Position numbers and translations under genes: made by a program
Source of the DNA: Malacoraja senta
Taxonomy: Eukaryota
Assembly: GCA_038087875.1 (NCBI GenBank)
Contig: CM075995.1
Location: 1,056,001-1,120,000 of the forward strand
DNA: 64,000 bases
Direction of reading: 5' to 3'
Part shown: positions 26,291 to 40,001 of the stretch, in pieces
Layout of the letters: each line of letters opens with the position of its first letter
Position numbering within the stretch: position 1 is the first letter of the stretch
Notes under the pieces: generated by a model
Told to the model about the DNA's origin: nothing
The model's database searches: none
The model's input: the letters and a program-made list of their open reading frames with translations, nothing else

Positions 26291-28888
26291 TGGGCCTGTC
26301 CCACTTACGCGACTGCAGGAGACTATGCGGTCGCCACATGTTCGCGGGTGGTTGCCGGGTAGTCGCCTTCATGGTCGTGAGGAGTTCCCGCATTCAGGGA
26401 ACTAGTCACGGCCTCATTACGGTTGCCGCAAATTTTTCAACATGTTGAAAAATTAGCGGCTACCAGACTGAAGCTGCCATGGAGAGTAGCAAGAATTTTT
26501 GTGCCGTAGGTGCAGTGGTAGTGGGTTGCCAGGAGGTTGAAGAACCTCGGGCTTCTTAAAAGTGGTCTCCACTCCTTCTCCCCCCTTCCTCCCCCCCCCC
26601 CTTTGCTTTCACCGTCATTTGCACAACAGGCTACCAGTGGTACAGAGGTAGACTTGGAGGAGTACACATCCACTGTGCTCTACTACATCAACTGCTGTGT
26701 GGAGACTGTCACAGTGGAGAAGCAAATAAAGATGTTCCCTAACGGAAACCCTGGATGAACAAGGAGGTTCAGGATATGCTAAGGGCACGCAACAATGCCT
26801 TTAAATCCAGGGACACTTCTGCTTACAGTACGGCCAGGTCGAACCTGAACAGAGGCATAAAAAAGGCCAAAGACGTCCACAGGCAAAGGGTAGAAGACCA
26901 CTTCAACACCGCGGACACCAGAAGCATGTGGCAGGGTGTCAGGGACATCACCGACTACAAGAGCAGCCCCGCCTGCCCCCACGGTGATATCACACTGGCC
27001 AACGAACTAAACACCTTCTTTGCCTGGTTCGAAACTGGCAACACCACCAGGAGTGGAATAACCCCGGCCATGGCGGAGGGACAGGCCTTAACACTGAGCA
27101 CCTAGGAGGTACTGTGCGCTCTGCGTAGGATCAATCCACGCAAGGCTGCAGGCCCGGATGGAGTTCAGGGAAGGGTACTAAGGACTGTGCTGTACAGCTG
27201 GCGGAGGTATTCACGAGAATCTTCAATCTGTCTCTATCCCTGGCAACGGTCCCCAAGTGCCTGAAAACAGCCACCATAGTGCCGGTGCTGAAAAAGTCCA
27301 AAGTCACCAACCTGAACGACTACCGCCCGGTTGCTCTAACTCCAATCCCAATGAAGTGCTTCGAAAGGCTGGTCCTCTCCCATATCAAATCCAGCATCCC
27401 TGCCTCACTGGACTCCCATCAATTTGCATACAGGGCAAATAGATCAACAGAGGATGCCATCTCTCTGGCTCTTCACACTGTCCTGACTCACCTGGACAGA
27501 CAAGGCAAGTATGTGAGGATGCTCTTCATTGACTATAGCTCTGCATTCAATACGGTCATCCCCACCAAGCTCACCACCAAACTCCACCAGCTAGGCCTCA
27601 GCTCGCCGATATGCGATTGGATCCTGAACTTTCTGACGGAGCGACCGCAGGCAGTGAGACTGGGCCCGCACCTGTCCTCCACTATCACCCTGAGCACCGG
27701 CACACCACAGGGCTGTGTACTAAGCCCCATGCTCTACTCCCTCTTCACTCACGACTGTGTCCCTGCATTCGACACCAACACCATCGTGAAGTTTGCAGAC
27801 GAAACAACAGTGATTGGGCTGATCACCAACGGTGATGAAACAAAATACAGAGCGGAGGTGCAGAACCTGGCGGACTGGTGCGCTCATAACAACTTGTCAC
27901 TAAACACCTCCAAGACCAAGGAGCTGATTATTGACTTCAGGAGGTCCCATAATGGAGAATACGCCCCAATCTCCATTTACGGGGAAAGTGTGGAGAGAGT
28001 GTCCAGCTTTAAGTTTCTGGGCACTCACATTTCAGAGGACCTCACATGGTCCATCAACACCGCTGCGCTGGTCAAGAAGGCACAGCAACGACTGTTCTTC
28101 CTGAGGACATTAAAAAAGACTGGTCTGCCCCAACAGCTGCTGACAACGTTCTACCGCTGCACCACAGAGAGCATATTAACGTATGGCATCTCTGTGGTAT
28201 CTCAGCTGCACGGAGGCGGAGAGGAGAGCTCTTCAGCGCGTCGTTCACAGAGCGCAGAGGATCATTGGGACAGAGCTACCAGCCTTGGAGGGCATCTACC
28301 ACACACGGTGCCTCAGGAAGGCCGTCAGCATCCATAAGGACTGATCACACCCTTGTAACGGACTGCTTGAACTACTTCCCTCCGGCAGACGTTACAAGGC
28401 CTTCTACGCCCGAACCTCCAGACTCAGAAACAGCTTTATTCCAAGCGCTATTGCGGCTCTGAACCGGCCCTGCTGAGTGCCCCCCCCACCCCCCCCCCCC
28501 CTGGACAGTCTCCCTCGGATGGTCACGGCACTCAACTTGCTTGCTTATTTATTTATTTACTTTTCCTGTACATCGGTGGAGCTGCATACTAAATCTCGTT
28601 GCACTGACGTGCAATGACAATAAAAGATATTATTATTATTATTATAATTACAGCGTCAAACTTCCTGTTCATCGCGGTGTGTGCCTGTCTCACATTGGCT
28701 TTGCACCGTGTGAATTTCACTCAGACAGTGCTCTCCCCGCTTGCCCTGTCCCTCGCCTGCATTACGGGCTGGTGAAGGAAGCGGTGTTTGTGTCAGTTCC
28801 ACTGTGACAGTCGCCGTTCCAGTCGACTGCCGAAGACTTGACAATCGGCGGCAGTCACCTGAAAAATCGCCTAAGTGGGACAGGCTCA
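26291..28888. mobile_element. PIF/Harbinger-like MITE hosting a nested Rex1 LINE
   Basis: TIRs tgggcctgtcccactta / taagtgggacaggctca with tta/taa flanks; internal palindrome aaatttttcaacatgttgaaaaatt at about 26430-26455. Confidence 0.7.
26630..28650 (+). mobile_element. Rex1/Babar LINE, 5'-truncated, RT nearly intact
   Basis: [63 protein letters not shown]; a stop at 27103 and a few frameshifts; tail gtgcaatgacaataaa..(tta)n. Confidence 0.95.
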
Positions 28889-29882
28889 TAAGAGTCATTT
28901 GGAGTAAAAAGTCATTATGATCGGTTATAGTTGAACAAAAGGTTTGCTACAATAATAGGTTGCTGAACTGAGAATTTTATTCACCACTCACTCTTTAAAA
29001 TAAAGATGTGCAAATGTTCTGATATTAAATGAGAATTTCAGCAAATAATTATTGGTGATAGGGTAAAAATTAGACAGAAATCAAAATATGGCCATTTTTA
29101 TTTTAAGGAATTAACGACTAATGGTACTTGGAAAATGAAAAGTAGACAGTTCTTTAGTATTGAATCTTGAAAAAACTCAGTTTGTAAGGTTGGAATCTTT
29201 GAGATACTAACCCCTACGGTTTCTGCTGGCTCTTTGTACTGCTGCTTTCGAGGCTAATAAGAAGTAAAACTATCGTGCTCTTTTTTAAGGGAGTAAGGTC
29301 TCCACCTATACCAATTGTCAGTAAAATATATTAAAAGTCAGTAGAAATAGTACAGTTACTTACACATTATACATTACAAGCCCATCTGATAAGTTCTAAG
29401 TTGGAGCGAATCTGGGATACATCTTTCATGGAATGGTCCTAAAGCATGGAAATGTTGTGTTCTTCATAGTGATGCTACATTTATAGTGTAAATTTGATGC
29501 TATACTTTATGGGAGATTTAAAAACAAACGATCCACGATTATGAATGAAATATTTTAGATGGATACAGAGATAGTGCTTCCACTTTCAACTGATTGCTCA
29601 TCTAAGACCTGAAATGTCACCCATCCTTTTTCACAGAGATGCTGCCTGACCCGCTGAGTTACTGCATCTATCTTAAGTATAAAAGTAAGTTAGTCACTCA
29701 GATATAAAGAATCTAGGAAGAATGACTTTTCCGAATGGAGCAATTTGCCACATAGAATGGTTAAACAGGTAATATTGCAAAGCGTGGTTGAACAGATAAT
29801 GTTGATGTATTTAAGGCAAGATTTATGAAGAATCATTGGCAAAGCTTAAAAAGTTTTCTCCAGTGCTGTGATGTTGAAGAGT

Positions 29883-30250
29883 AATGATAATAATAATAAT
29901 AATAATAATGGATGGGATTTATATAGCGCCTTTCTAATACTCAAGGCGCTTTACATCACATTATTCATTCACTCCTCAGTCACACTCGGTGGTGGTGAGC
30001 TACTTCTGTAGCCACAGCTGCCCTGGGGCAGACTGACGGAAGCGTGGCTGCTAATCTGCGCCTACGGCCCCTCTGACCACCACCAATCACACACACATTC
30101 ACACACATTCACACACATTCACACGCAGGCAAAGGTGGGTGAAGTGTCTTGCCCAAGGACACAACGACAGTATGCACTCCAAGCGGGATTCGAACCGGCT
30201 ACTTTCCGGTTGCCAGCTGAACACTTAGCCCATTGCGCCATCTGTCGTCC
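29883..30250 (-). mobile_element. tRNA-derived CORE-type SINE with L2-like tail, full-length
   Basis: Near-identical inverted copy of 13340-13667; A box tggcgcaatgg and B box ggttcgaatccc on the - strand. Confidence 0.88.
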
Positions 30251-30299
30251 TACAGTTTGGGGATCTGCATGGTTGACCCTTGTGTATCTCTGTCAGTTC

Positions 30300-30560
30300 A
30301 AGATCTGAATCAGGTTTTGAACACTTGAGCAATCTAGCCTAGTTCAGTATCAAGGGAGTGATGCCTTATTAGATCAGATGTGAAACTGAAGCATTACCTA
30401 TCTCATGAGGTGAATGTAAAAAGACCGTATTCAAGAAATATCACGGATGCCTATTTGAGTCAAAATGTCCTGTTCCTTTGGAGTGGATTCAGTCAGACTT
30501 TGTCTGTTGCCGACTGCTTCATATCCATAAAATATTTTTTTAAATGTTGCCTCTACTAAT
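30300..30560 (+). mobile_element. Highly degraded DeuSINE-like fragment
   Basis: cagtatcaagggagtgatgc..cagatgtgaaactgaag..aggtgaatgtaaaaaga resembles the Deu domain. Confidence 0.4.
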
Positions 30561-30719
30561 GCAACATGCAAGTCAATTTTGCACGGTCATATTTTGTAAA
30601 CAATGTTCAGTCTGTGGCTCTTGTTCATACTTCAGCTAGTAGATAAATATTGACCAAGATACAAATCAAGATCCCATCATATTTCTTGAATGTTACCTTT
30701 TTACATGCATCTAATGTGT

Positions 30720-31005
30720 CATAAGAGTCATACAGTGTGGAAACAAGCCCTTCGACCCAACTTGCCAATGCCGACCAATGTGTCCCATCTACACCAGTCC
30801 CACCTGCCTGCATTTGGCCCATATCCTTCTTACTTTATCCTATCCATGTACCTGTCCAAATGTCTTTTAAATGTCATGATAGTATCTGCCTCAACTACCT
30901 CCTCTGGCAGCTCGTTCCATGTACCATGAGCCTTGGTGTGGAAAAAAATGTTCTTCCAGTTCCTATTGAACATTTCCATCCTCATCCTTAGACCTATCTC
31001 CTCTG
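30720..31005 (-). mobile_element. CR1 3' fragment
   Basis: WNELPEEVVEADTIMTFKRHLDRYM on the - strand. Confidence 0.8.
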
Positions 31006-31261
31006 ATTGTGGTGTTGAGTGATTTAATTTCACATCTTATTCTAATAATGCAGTGCTCTTTTAATACCTAGATTGTGTACACACACTGCTCTAGCCTTCT
31101 ACCCCTGCCCTCCCCAATGGCTGCTTATATCTGACAATTTATTATTTCTAAAATCTCTGGGGTTTTATCTAATTTATGTATTTAAAGTACTGAAATAAAG
31201 GGCAATGTTTATTGAGTATGCTTTTGGTCGTGGAATTAAAATCTGTGGAGGATTTTGAATT

Positions 31262-31981
31262 AGCCTCACCTGGTCCAGGAACACCACTGGGACCGTCAAA
31301 CGGGCCCATCAGCGACTGCACTTCCTGAGGAAACTAAAACAGGCCTCACTCCCCACCAACATCCACAGGACTTTCTACAGGGGTACGGTGGAGTCTGTAC
31401 TCACGTACTGCATAAATACGTGGTACTCCACCTGCAACTGCTCGGACAGGAAGGCTCTGCAGAGGGTAGTAAGGGGAGCAGAGAGGATCATTGGCGTCTC
31501 CCTACCCTCGGTACAAGAACTGTTCCAGAGCCGCTGTCTGAAAAAAGCTCAGAGAATTGCTAAGGACAAACTGCACCCCCTCCACATACACCTGGATCTC
31601 CTGCCATCAGAGCTTCCTGCCATATGCTGTGAGGCTGCTAAACAGCCACTCTGTACTCACAGTCACCTGATTCTGTGGCGTGGCACGGACACTTTAATAA
31701 CTGGCACTGGCCACTTCAATAACTGGCACTGGCCACTCAAATCAGCTGTCCCGGACATGTTTATGATTGGTTTTACTGTATTTTAACGTTGTTGTTTTAC
31801 CTACTTTTTAACTATTTATACTGTTCCATCAGGGACTGGATTGTTTTTAGTGTTATTATGTGTGAAATGTTTTAAATTTCATGTGCGATGCTCCCGGTAT
31901 TCCCTGGGAAACGTCTTTTCATTTTGCACTGTACAACTGTTGCTTGCAAGATGACAATAAAGGTTGATTGATTGATTGATT
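31262..31981 (+). mobile_element. Rex1/Babar LINE 3' fragment
   Basis: ESVLTYCINTWY..DRKALQRVVRGAERIIG..HP; tail gatgacaataaa..(gatt)n. Confidence 0.88.
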
Positions 31982-32574
31982 ACTTATGTTCTAGTGAGTT
32001 GCCTTAAGGATTTAAAAGCTTTATTTCTGTATTCTAATTTAAAACTTCAATCTTTTGATTACCAAACATTTATTGAAAATATGACAAAACAATTTTGCTT
32101 TGTTCATCAAAAAGGAGAAGTAATTTTACTATAACATAAATTGTGGGATTTAAATTATATTTAAAAATAGATTCCACAAAAGAGAAATACTGAAATACAT
32201 AACCTAATTAGTTTCAACTCATATTAATTGCACAGTGCATGTTTAGCACTCAAGGTTTTAATTGGTAGAGCTCAAATATTTTTACATGTTGAAACTGAAT
32301 ATAACAAAGGATTTTATTTTTAAAAATTGATCCAGAAACTGGGTAAATTTGAAGAAAAACATTTTTGTTATAAAAAATATAATGCTATCGTTTCTTAAAG
32401 GTATTGATATTAGATTAAAAGTCAATATTAATTTGTCATCAAAAGCTTTTTGAGTTGGAGGGAGCCTCTGGTAGAAAAAATCCTAAATTGTAACTTTAAA
32501 TTGGATTTTTTGATTATCTGATGTTGTGTCAGAATCATGGCATCAAAATTATGAGGAAGGTGCTGCAAGGTCCC

Positions 32575-32935
32575 GGGTATTGTGAAAGGCCTGGATAGAG
32601 TAGATGTGCAGAGGATGTTTCCACTAGTGAGAGATTCTAGGACCAGAGACCATAGTCTCAGAATTAAAGGACGTTCCTTTAGGATGGAGATGAGGAGGAA
32701 TTTCTTTAGTCAGAGGGTGGTGAATCTGTGGAATTCTTTGCCAAAGAATGCTGTGGGGTCCAAGTCAATGGATATTTTTAGGGCAGAGATAGATAGATTC
32801 TTGATTATTACGGGTGTCGGGGGTTATGGAGGGAAGGCAGGAGAATGGGGTTGAGAGGAAAAGATAGATCAGCCATTATTGAATGGCGGAGTTGATGGGC
32901 CGAATGGCCTACTTCTGCTACTATCACATGAATTT
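32575..32935 (+). mobile_element. CR1 3' fragment
   Basis: KGLDRVD..SRTRDHSLRIKG..FFSQRVVNLWNSLP. Confidence 0.88.
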
Positions 32936-34549
32936 ATGACCTACAGCATGTTCTGTTTTGTTTAAACCAGAGTCAAGGTAGCATCACCATGAATGTGAGC
33001 AAAATGTTCCCGAAAAGAGAATGGTGGGTGTGAAGTCAGTACTCTGCAGTTACAGCAGGTTGAACAACTAAATCTAACATATCCCAATTGTCAGAAAAGT
33101 TGATGCCATGGTTTTATGAGCATTTCAGCTGGGTCCAGAAATTGCACATTTCCGGTTAAATGCAGGCAGCAATGAGAACGAACCACATTAATAGTGAATG
33201 TTGTGTGAAAATTACAATACCATTCTTAGTGTGCATATCATTGCTCTCTGCTCTTGATGATAAACTGTCTGCTGGTAGAAATCTTTGTGTTTCCCTCTCA
33301 TTTATGCTCCATTAGTCAATATTGTAAGCTGTGAATCTTGTTTGCATGTGGTGTAAAACTCATTTAAGTTTTATTGCCACTATTCAAGTGATTGGTTTTG
33401 TAACTTGAGATGGTTTTGAGATTTATGCAGATTTTATTCCAATATTTTATTTTGGTAAATAGTTGTAACTGTGATTGGATGTATGTCTAATTGGTCTTGT
33501 AATGTCAGATCGTTGAAAATATTGGCTTTGTTTTCTTCACAGAGTAACAATGAAACTGTGAATGTTGTTCCTCCACAGCTGATATTTCTCCACCTTACAG
33601 ATTCCATATAGATTCTATACACTGCAGTTAACAGTTGAGCTATTGTTACTGTAAAATAGCCTTAACATCATATGCCATGTGGCATTAAATTTTAGCGCTA
33701 TTCAGAGTGATAATCAGTAACCTCCAAGCTAAAAATAGATGGTAGCTTTTTAGTAACTCATCTTATTTCAGGATGCAATTTAATAACACACAATTATTGG
33801 TGATCCATACAACTGATGCCCAACAGCGCACTTATATCAGAAAGTGGAGGTTGAAAATGTAAGAAATACAAAAGATCTTTTTATATGGCAGCTAATTGGA
33901 GCTGCTCCATTTGCAGTTGAATGAAATGATTGTGCTTGCAGCAATAAACTTGGTATTTAGTGAAACGTGTGTAAGTGGAGTTGCTAATTTTCAATAAGTG
34001 CGATTTTTTGCACCTGCACAATTTCATTCATTTTTATTCTCACTGGAGATTAAAGGATAGCAGTGGGAGGTCTCTGAAATCTTCCATTCAAGCAGCTTTG
34101 AGGGATTTGTAATGCAGCATAAGATACGTAATATTGAGAGAGACTTTCACAGTGAGAGAAGCTTACATAAATTACTTGACTTTTCACAATTAACTAAGTA
34201 CTTGATGGAGTTATGATGAATTCCTTCAAATCAAAAGATGCTGAATAATTATCTCGATAGGAATTGAATGAATAGAATAGAATTCAACAGATCTCTGTGG
34301 TTCTACTGAGCTTTGAGGTGACAGGTTGTAATGGGTTTCCAATGAGGAGTCAATACTGCAGACATGAAAGTGGTTAAATTAGTTGTGGGGTGGGGTAGGG
34401 TAGCTTAATATTTGTTATAATTTAGAGAACCAGACAGCATCTTGTACTGTTCATCAAATGTAACCTTTATTTTTGTGGCCTCCTATGCATTGGCAAAACC
34501 AAGTGCAGACAAAAAAACTGATTTGCAGAGCATCTGCATATAGTCTGTA

Positions 34550-34745
34550 ATGGCCATCCCAAGCTCCTGGTAGCATGCCGTTTTAACTCCTCTTCCCATT
34601 CCCACGCTGACCTGTCCACCTGAAACCTTCTCCACTGTTAGGAGAGGTCAGTGCAAACTAGAGGAACAAGACCTCGTATTCCACTGGGGTAGTCTGGAAT
34701 TCAATGGTATGAACATTGAATTTTCCTATTACAGGTAATCATTAC
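34550..34745 (+). mobile_element. Penelope GIY-YIG C-terminal fragment
   Basis: aaactagaggaacaagacctcgtattcc..ggtatgaacattgaatt, homologous to 11500-11575. Confidence 0.7.
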
Positions 34746-34869
34746 CTCCTCTGCTCCTCTCTCTCTCCTTCCAATACATCTTTGGTCTTTTGTACCCCTT
34801 TAGACCTCCACCAACCATTTTCATCCCCATCCCCCATCTGGTTCCATATATCCTTCATCTCTCCCCTAA

Positions 34870-35815
34870 AATTTAGAATGCTATTTATTGTCATTCAAAC
34901 CTAGGCTTGAACGAAATATTATTACTACAGTTTTTTTTACATTACAAAAAAAAACAAGACCCACACTTAACACAGTTTACATAAACATCCATCACAGTGA
35001 GTCTCCTCACTGTGATGGAAGGCGAAGTCTTATCTCTTCCCTTTATTCTTCACCCGCGGTCCAGCAGTCTAACTGCAGCGTCTAGGCGAACTGGGGCTCC
35101 GGTGTTAAATCCCCTGGCGGACGATGGTAAGTCCTGTGGCCATTTAGCCATGCCGGGCGATGCCAGGCCCCGGCTCCGTGTCCTTCAAACCCCGCGGTTC
35201 AAGCAGTCCAACCCGCAGTCCAACTGCAGCGTCTAGGCGAACTGGGGCTCCGATGTTAAAGCCCCCGGCAGACGATGGTAAGTCCCGTGGCCGCTAACCC
35301 GCGCCGGGCGATGTTAGGCCTCGCTCCGTGTCCTCCAAACCTCGCGATTCCAGCGGGAGAAGTTGCCGTTGCGGGAACTCCAAAAAGCCGTCTCCCACCA
35401 GGGACCTGGAGCTCCTGATGTTCCTGTCCACCGGGCCCGCAGCCGGAGCTTCCGAAACTCCAAAGTCGGGTCGCAGCCGAGCGCCACCACAGGTCTCCCC
35501 GCTCCAAAGCCGGCCAGCTCCGCGATGTCAGGTCCCAGGCTCCGCGACTGGAGCCCCCAGGTTGGTCCCGGCCGGAGTCCGCCGCCGGCTCCACAATGTT
35601 AGGCCCAACGACATCGGAGATCCGACAGGGAAAAAGTCGGGTCCCCGTACAGGGAAGAGATTAACGGTTTCCCCAACATCCCCCCCTCCACCCCCCAGAT
35701 TACACAGCTAAAAAATAATAAAAACTAAGCTCAAGACATACATTTGACAAGACAACAATTTAAAAAAAAGACGGACGACTGTAGTTGAGCCGCTGCCGTT
35801 AGGCGCCGCCACTCC
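34870..35815 (-). mobile_element. GC-rich non-autonomous retroposon, full-length, with internal ~150-bp tandem duplication
   Basis: Close homolog of 846-1550; duplicated block starts at about 35064 and 35215. Confidence 0.72.
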
Positions 35816-35834
35816 CACATTTCCCATTATCATC

Positions 35835-36069
35835 TTGTGCAGGAAGGAAGTGCAGATGCTGTTTTACACTGTTTTACACTGAAGCCAGACACAAATGCTG
35901 GAGTAACTCAGCAGGACAGGCAGCATCTCTGGAGAAAAGAAATGGGTGAAGTTTTGGGTCGAGACCCTTCTTCAGTCTGAAGAAATGTCTCGACCTGAAA
36001 TGTCACCCATTCCTTCTCTCCAGAAATGCTGACAGTCCTGCTGAGTTACTCCAACATTTTGTGCCTATC
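35835..36069. mobile_element. Palindromic Penelope-derived mini-element with 13-bp target duplication
   Basis: Fold-back centred at cttcag-t-ctgaag (35976); tcccattatcatc repeated at 35822-35834 and 36070-36082. Confidence 0.8.
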
Positions 36070-36372
36070 TCCCATTATCATCATCCTTACTTATTAGATT
36101 CCAGTACTGGTGGCCTTTGTGTTCTAGCTTATCAGTTTCCAGCAGCTATTCTCCTGTTGTCCCATCTGGCTCCATCTGCCTACTTTTTTTCTTCCCGCCT
36201 TGTCTGCTTCCATCTATCACACACCTGGCTCTAGACTCTCAACTCCATCCCTCTACCTCCCCAGCTGGCTCAATCTGTCCATCATCTTTCATCTTTCCTG
36301 AGTTCACCTATCACTTGTGACCCCGTTTCACTTCCTCTTCTTAGACATAGAAAATAGGTGCAGGAGGAGGCC

Positions 36373-38877
36373 ATATAACCATAACAGCACGGAAACAGGC
36401 CATCTCGGCCCTTCAAGTCCGTGCCGAACACTTTTTTTTAAAAAACAAATTTAATTCATTTTTTTTTATTTTTTTAAACTCCCCCCTAGTCCCATCTACC
36501 TGCACTCAGACCATAACCCTCCATTCCTTTCCCGTCCATATACCCATCCAATCTATTTTTAAAGTATAACTTCGAACCTGCCTCCACCACTTCCACTGGA
36601 AGCTCATTCCACACAGCTACCACTCTCTGAGTAAAGATGGTCCCCCTAATGTTACCCCTAAACTACTGTCCCTTAATTCTCAAGTCATGTCCCCTTGTTT
36701 GAATCTTCCCTACTCTCAAGGGGAAAAGCTTATCCACGTCCACTCTGTCTAACCCGCTCATAATTTTAAAGACCTCTATCAAGTCCCCTCTTAACCTTCT
36801 GCGCATCAAAGAATAAAGACCTAACTTGTTCAACCTTTCTCTGTAACTTAGTTGCTAAAACCCAGGCAACATTCTAGTAAATCTCCTCTGTACTCTCTCT
36901 ATTTTGTTGACATCCTTCCTATAATTAGGTGACCAAAATTGTACTCCATACGCCAGAATTGGCTTCACCAATGCCTTGTACAATTTTAACATTACATCCC
37001 AACTTCTATATTCAATGCTCTGATTTATAAAGGCCAGCACACCAAAAGCTTTCTTTACCACCCTATCTACATGAGATTCCACCTTCAGGGAACTATGCAC
37101 AGTTACTCCTAGATCCCTCTGTTCAACTGCATTCCTCAATTCGCTACCATTTACCATGTACGTCCTATTTTGATTTGTCCTGCCGAGATGTAGCACCTCA
37201 CATTTGTCAGCATTAAACTCCATCTGCCATCTTTCAGCCCACTCTTCCAAATGGCCTAAATCTCTCTGTAGACTTTGAAAATCTACTTCATTATCCACAA
37301 CACCCCCTATCTTAGTATCATTTGCATATTTACTAATCCAATTTTCCACACCATCATCCAGATCATTGATGTACATGACAAACAACAGTGGACCCAACAC
37401 AGACCCCTGAGGCACCCCACTAGTCACCGGCCTCCAATCTGACAAACAGCCATCCACCATTACTCTCTGGCATCTCCCATTCAGCCACTGTTGAATCCAT
37501 CTTGCTACTCCACCATTAATACCCAACAATTGAATCTTCTTAACCAACCTTCCATGAGGAACCTTGTCAAAGGCCTTACTGAAGTTCATATAGACAACAT
37601 CCACTGCTTTACCCTCATCAATTTCCCTAGTAACCTCTTCGAAATATTCAAGAAGATTAGTCAAGCATGACCTTCCAGGCACAAATCCATGTTGACTGTT
37701 CCTAATCAGACCCTGCTTATCCAGATGCTTACATATATTATCTTTAAGTATCCTTTCCATTAATTTGCCCACCACTGATGTCAAACTAACAGGTCTATAA
37801 TTGCTAGGTTTACTCTTAGAACCCTTTTTAAACAACGGAACAACATGCGCAGTACGCCAATCCTCCGGCACTATTCCCGTTTCTAATGACATTTGAAATA
37901 TTTCTGTCATAGCCCCTGCTATTTCTACACTAACTTCCCTCAATGTCCTAGGGAATATCCTGTCAGGACCAGGAGACTTATCGTTTTCATATTTTTCAAA
38001 AGTGTCCGCACCTCCTCTTCTTTGAATCTCACAGTTTCCATTGCTACTCTGCTTGTTTCCCTTACCTCACATAATTCCATATCCTTCTCCTTGGTGAATA
38101 CCGAAGAAAAGAAATTGTTCAATATCTCCCCCATCTCTTTTGGCTCTGCAGATAGTTGTCCACCCTGACTCTCTAATGGACCAATTTTATTCCTTGTTAT
38201 CCTTTTGCTATTAATATAGCTGTAGAAACCCTTTAGATTTACTTTCACCTTACTTGCCAAAGCAACCTCATATCTTCTTTTAGCTTTTCTAATTTCTTTC
38301 TTAATATTCTTTTTACATTCTTTATACTCCTCAAGCACCTCATTTACTCCATGCTGCCTATAATTATTGTAGATCTCTCTCTTTTTCCGAACCAAGTGTC
38401 CAATTTCCCTTGAAAACCATGGCTCTTTCCAATTTTTACTATTTCCTTTCAACCAAACAGGGACATAAAGATTCTGTACTCTTAAAATGTCACCCTTAAA
38501 TGTATTCTACATCCTTCCCATAAAACAACATGTCCCAATTCACTCCTTTTAAATCCTTTCGCATCTCCTCAAAGTTAGCCTTTCTCCCCAATCAAAATCT
38601 CAACCCTAGGTCCAGTTCTGACCCTCTCCATAATTATATTGAAACTAATGGTATTGTGATCACTGGACCCGAAGTGCTCCCCGACGCATACCTCCGCCAC
38701 CTGCCCTCTCTCATTTCCTAACAGGAGGTCCAGCACTGCCCCCTTCTAGGAGGTACCTCTATGTATAGCTGCAAAAAACTATCCTGCACACATTTTACAA
38801 ACTCCAAACCATCCAGCCCTTTTACAGAATGTGTTTCCCAGTCTATGTGTGGAAAATTGAAATCTCCCAAAACTGAA
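36373..38877 (-). mobile_element. CR1 LINE (2.5 kb, EN remnant plus RT) nested in the 3' UTR of another CR1
   Basis: ORFs 36855-37943 ([20 protein letters not shown]), 37940-38452 and GDFNFPHIDW. Confidence 0.95.
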
Positions 38878-40001
38878 ATTTGGCCCTTCGAGCCAGCACC
38901 GCCATTCATCGTGATCATGGCTGATCGTCCCCAATCAATAACCCGTGCCTGCCTTCTCCCCATATCCCTTGATTCCACTAGCCCCTAGAGCTCTATCTAA
39001 CTCTCTCTTAAATCCATCCGGTGGTTTGGCCTCCACTACCCTCTGTGGCAGGGAATTCCACAAATTCACAACTGTGGGTGAAAACGTTTTTTCTCAAGTC
39101 TTAAATGGCCTCCCCTTCATTCTAAGACTGTGGCCCCTGGTTCTGGACTCGCCCAACATTGGAAATATTTTTCCTGCATCTAGCTTGTCCAGTCCTTTTA
39201 TAATTTTATGTGTTTCTATAAGAGACCCACTCATCCTTCTAAACTCCAGTGAATACAAGCCTAGTCTTTTCAATCTTTCCTCATGACAGTCCCGTCATCC
39301 CAGGGATCAATCTCGTGAACCTACGCTGCACTGCCTCAATCACAAGGATGTCCTTCCTCAAATTAGGAGACCAAAACTGTACACAATACTCCAGATGTGG
39401 TCTTACCAGAGCCCGATACAACAGCAGAAGAACCTCTCCTATACTGAAATCCTCTTGTTATGAAGGCCAACATTCCATTAGCTTTCTTTACTGCCTGCTG
39501 TACCTGCACGCCAACTTTTAGTGACCGGTGTACAAGGACACCCAGGTCTCGCTGCACCTCCCCCTTACCTAACCTAACCCCATTGAGATAATAATCTGCC
39601 CCCTTGTTTTTGCCACCAAAGTGGATAACCTCACATTTATTTAAATTATACTGCATCTGCCACGCATCTGCCCATTCACTCAACCTGTCCAGGTCACCCT
39701 GCAACCTCCTAACATCCTCTTCACAGTTCACTCTGCCACCCAGCTTTGTGTCATCCGCAAACTTGCTTGGTAGTGTTGCTCCTAATTCCCTCTTCCAAAT
39801 CATTAATATATATGGTAAACAGTTGCTGCCCCAACACCAAGCCTTGCGGCACTCCAATCGCCACTGCCTGCCATTCTGAAAAGGACCCGTTCACTCCTAC
39901 TCTTTGCTTCCTGTCTACCAACCAATTTTTTATCATCGTCATCACCCTACCCCCAATACCATGTGCTCTAATTTTAGTCACCAGTCTCCCGTGCGGGACC
40001 T
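38878..40001 (-). mobile_element. CR1 LINE host copy (extreme 3' end at 36342-36372)
   Basis: [28 protein letters not shown]; tail ggcca|tttggcccttcgagcc split by the nested CR1. Confidence 0.92.

Noticed and set aside
30170..30250. tRNA gene
   Set aside because: A/B boxes are the head of a SINE, running into a CORE-like domain and LINE tail.
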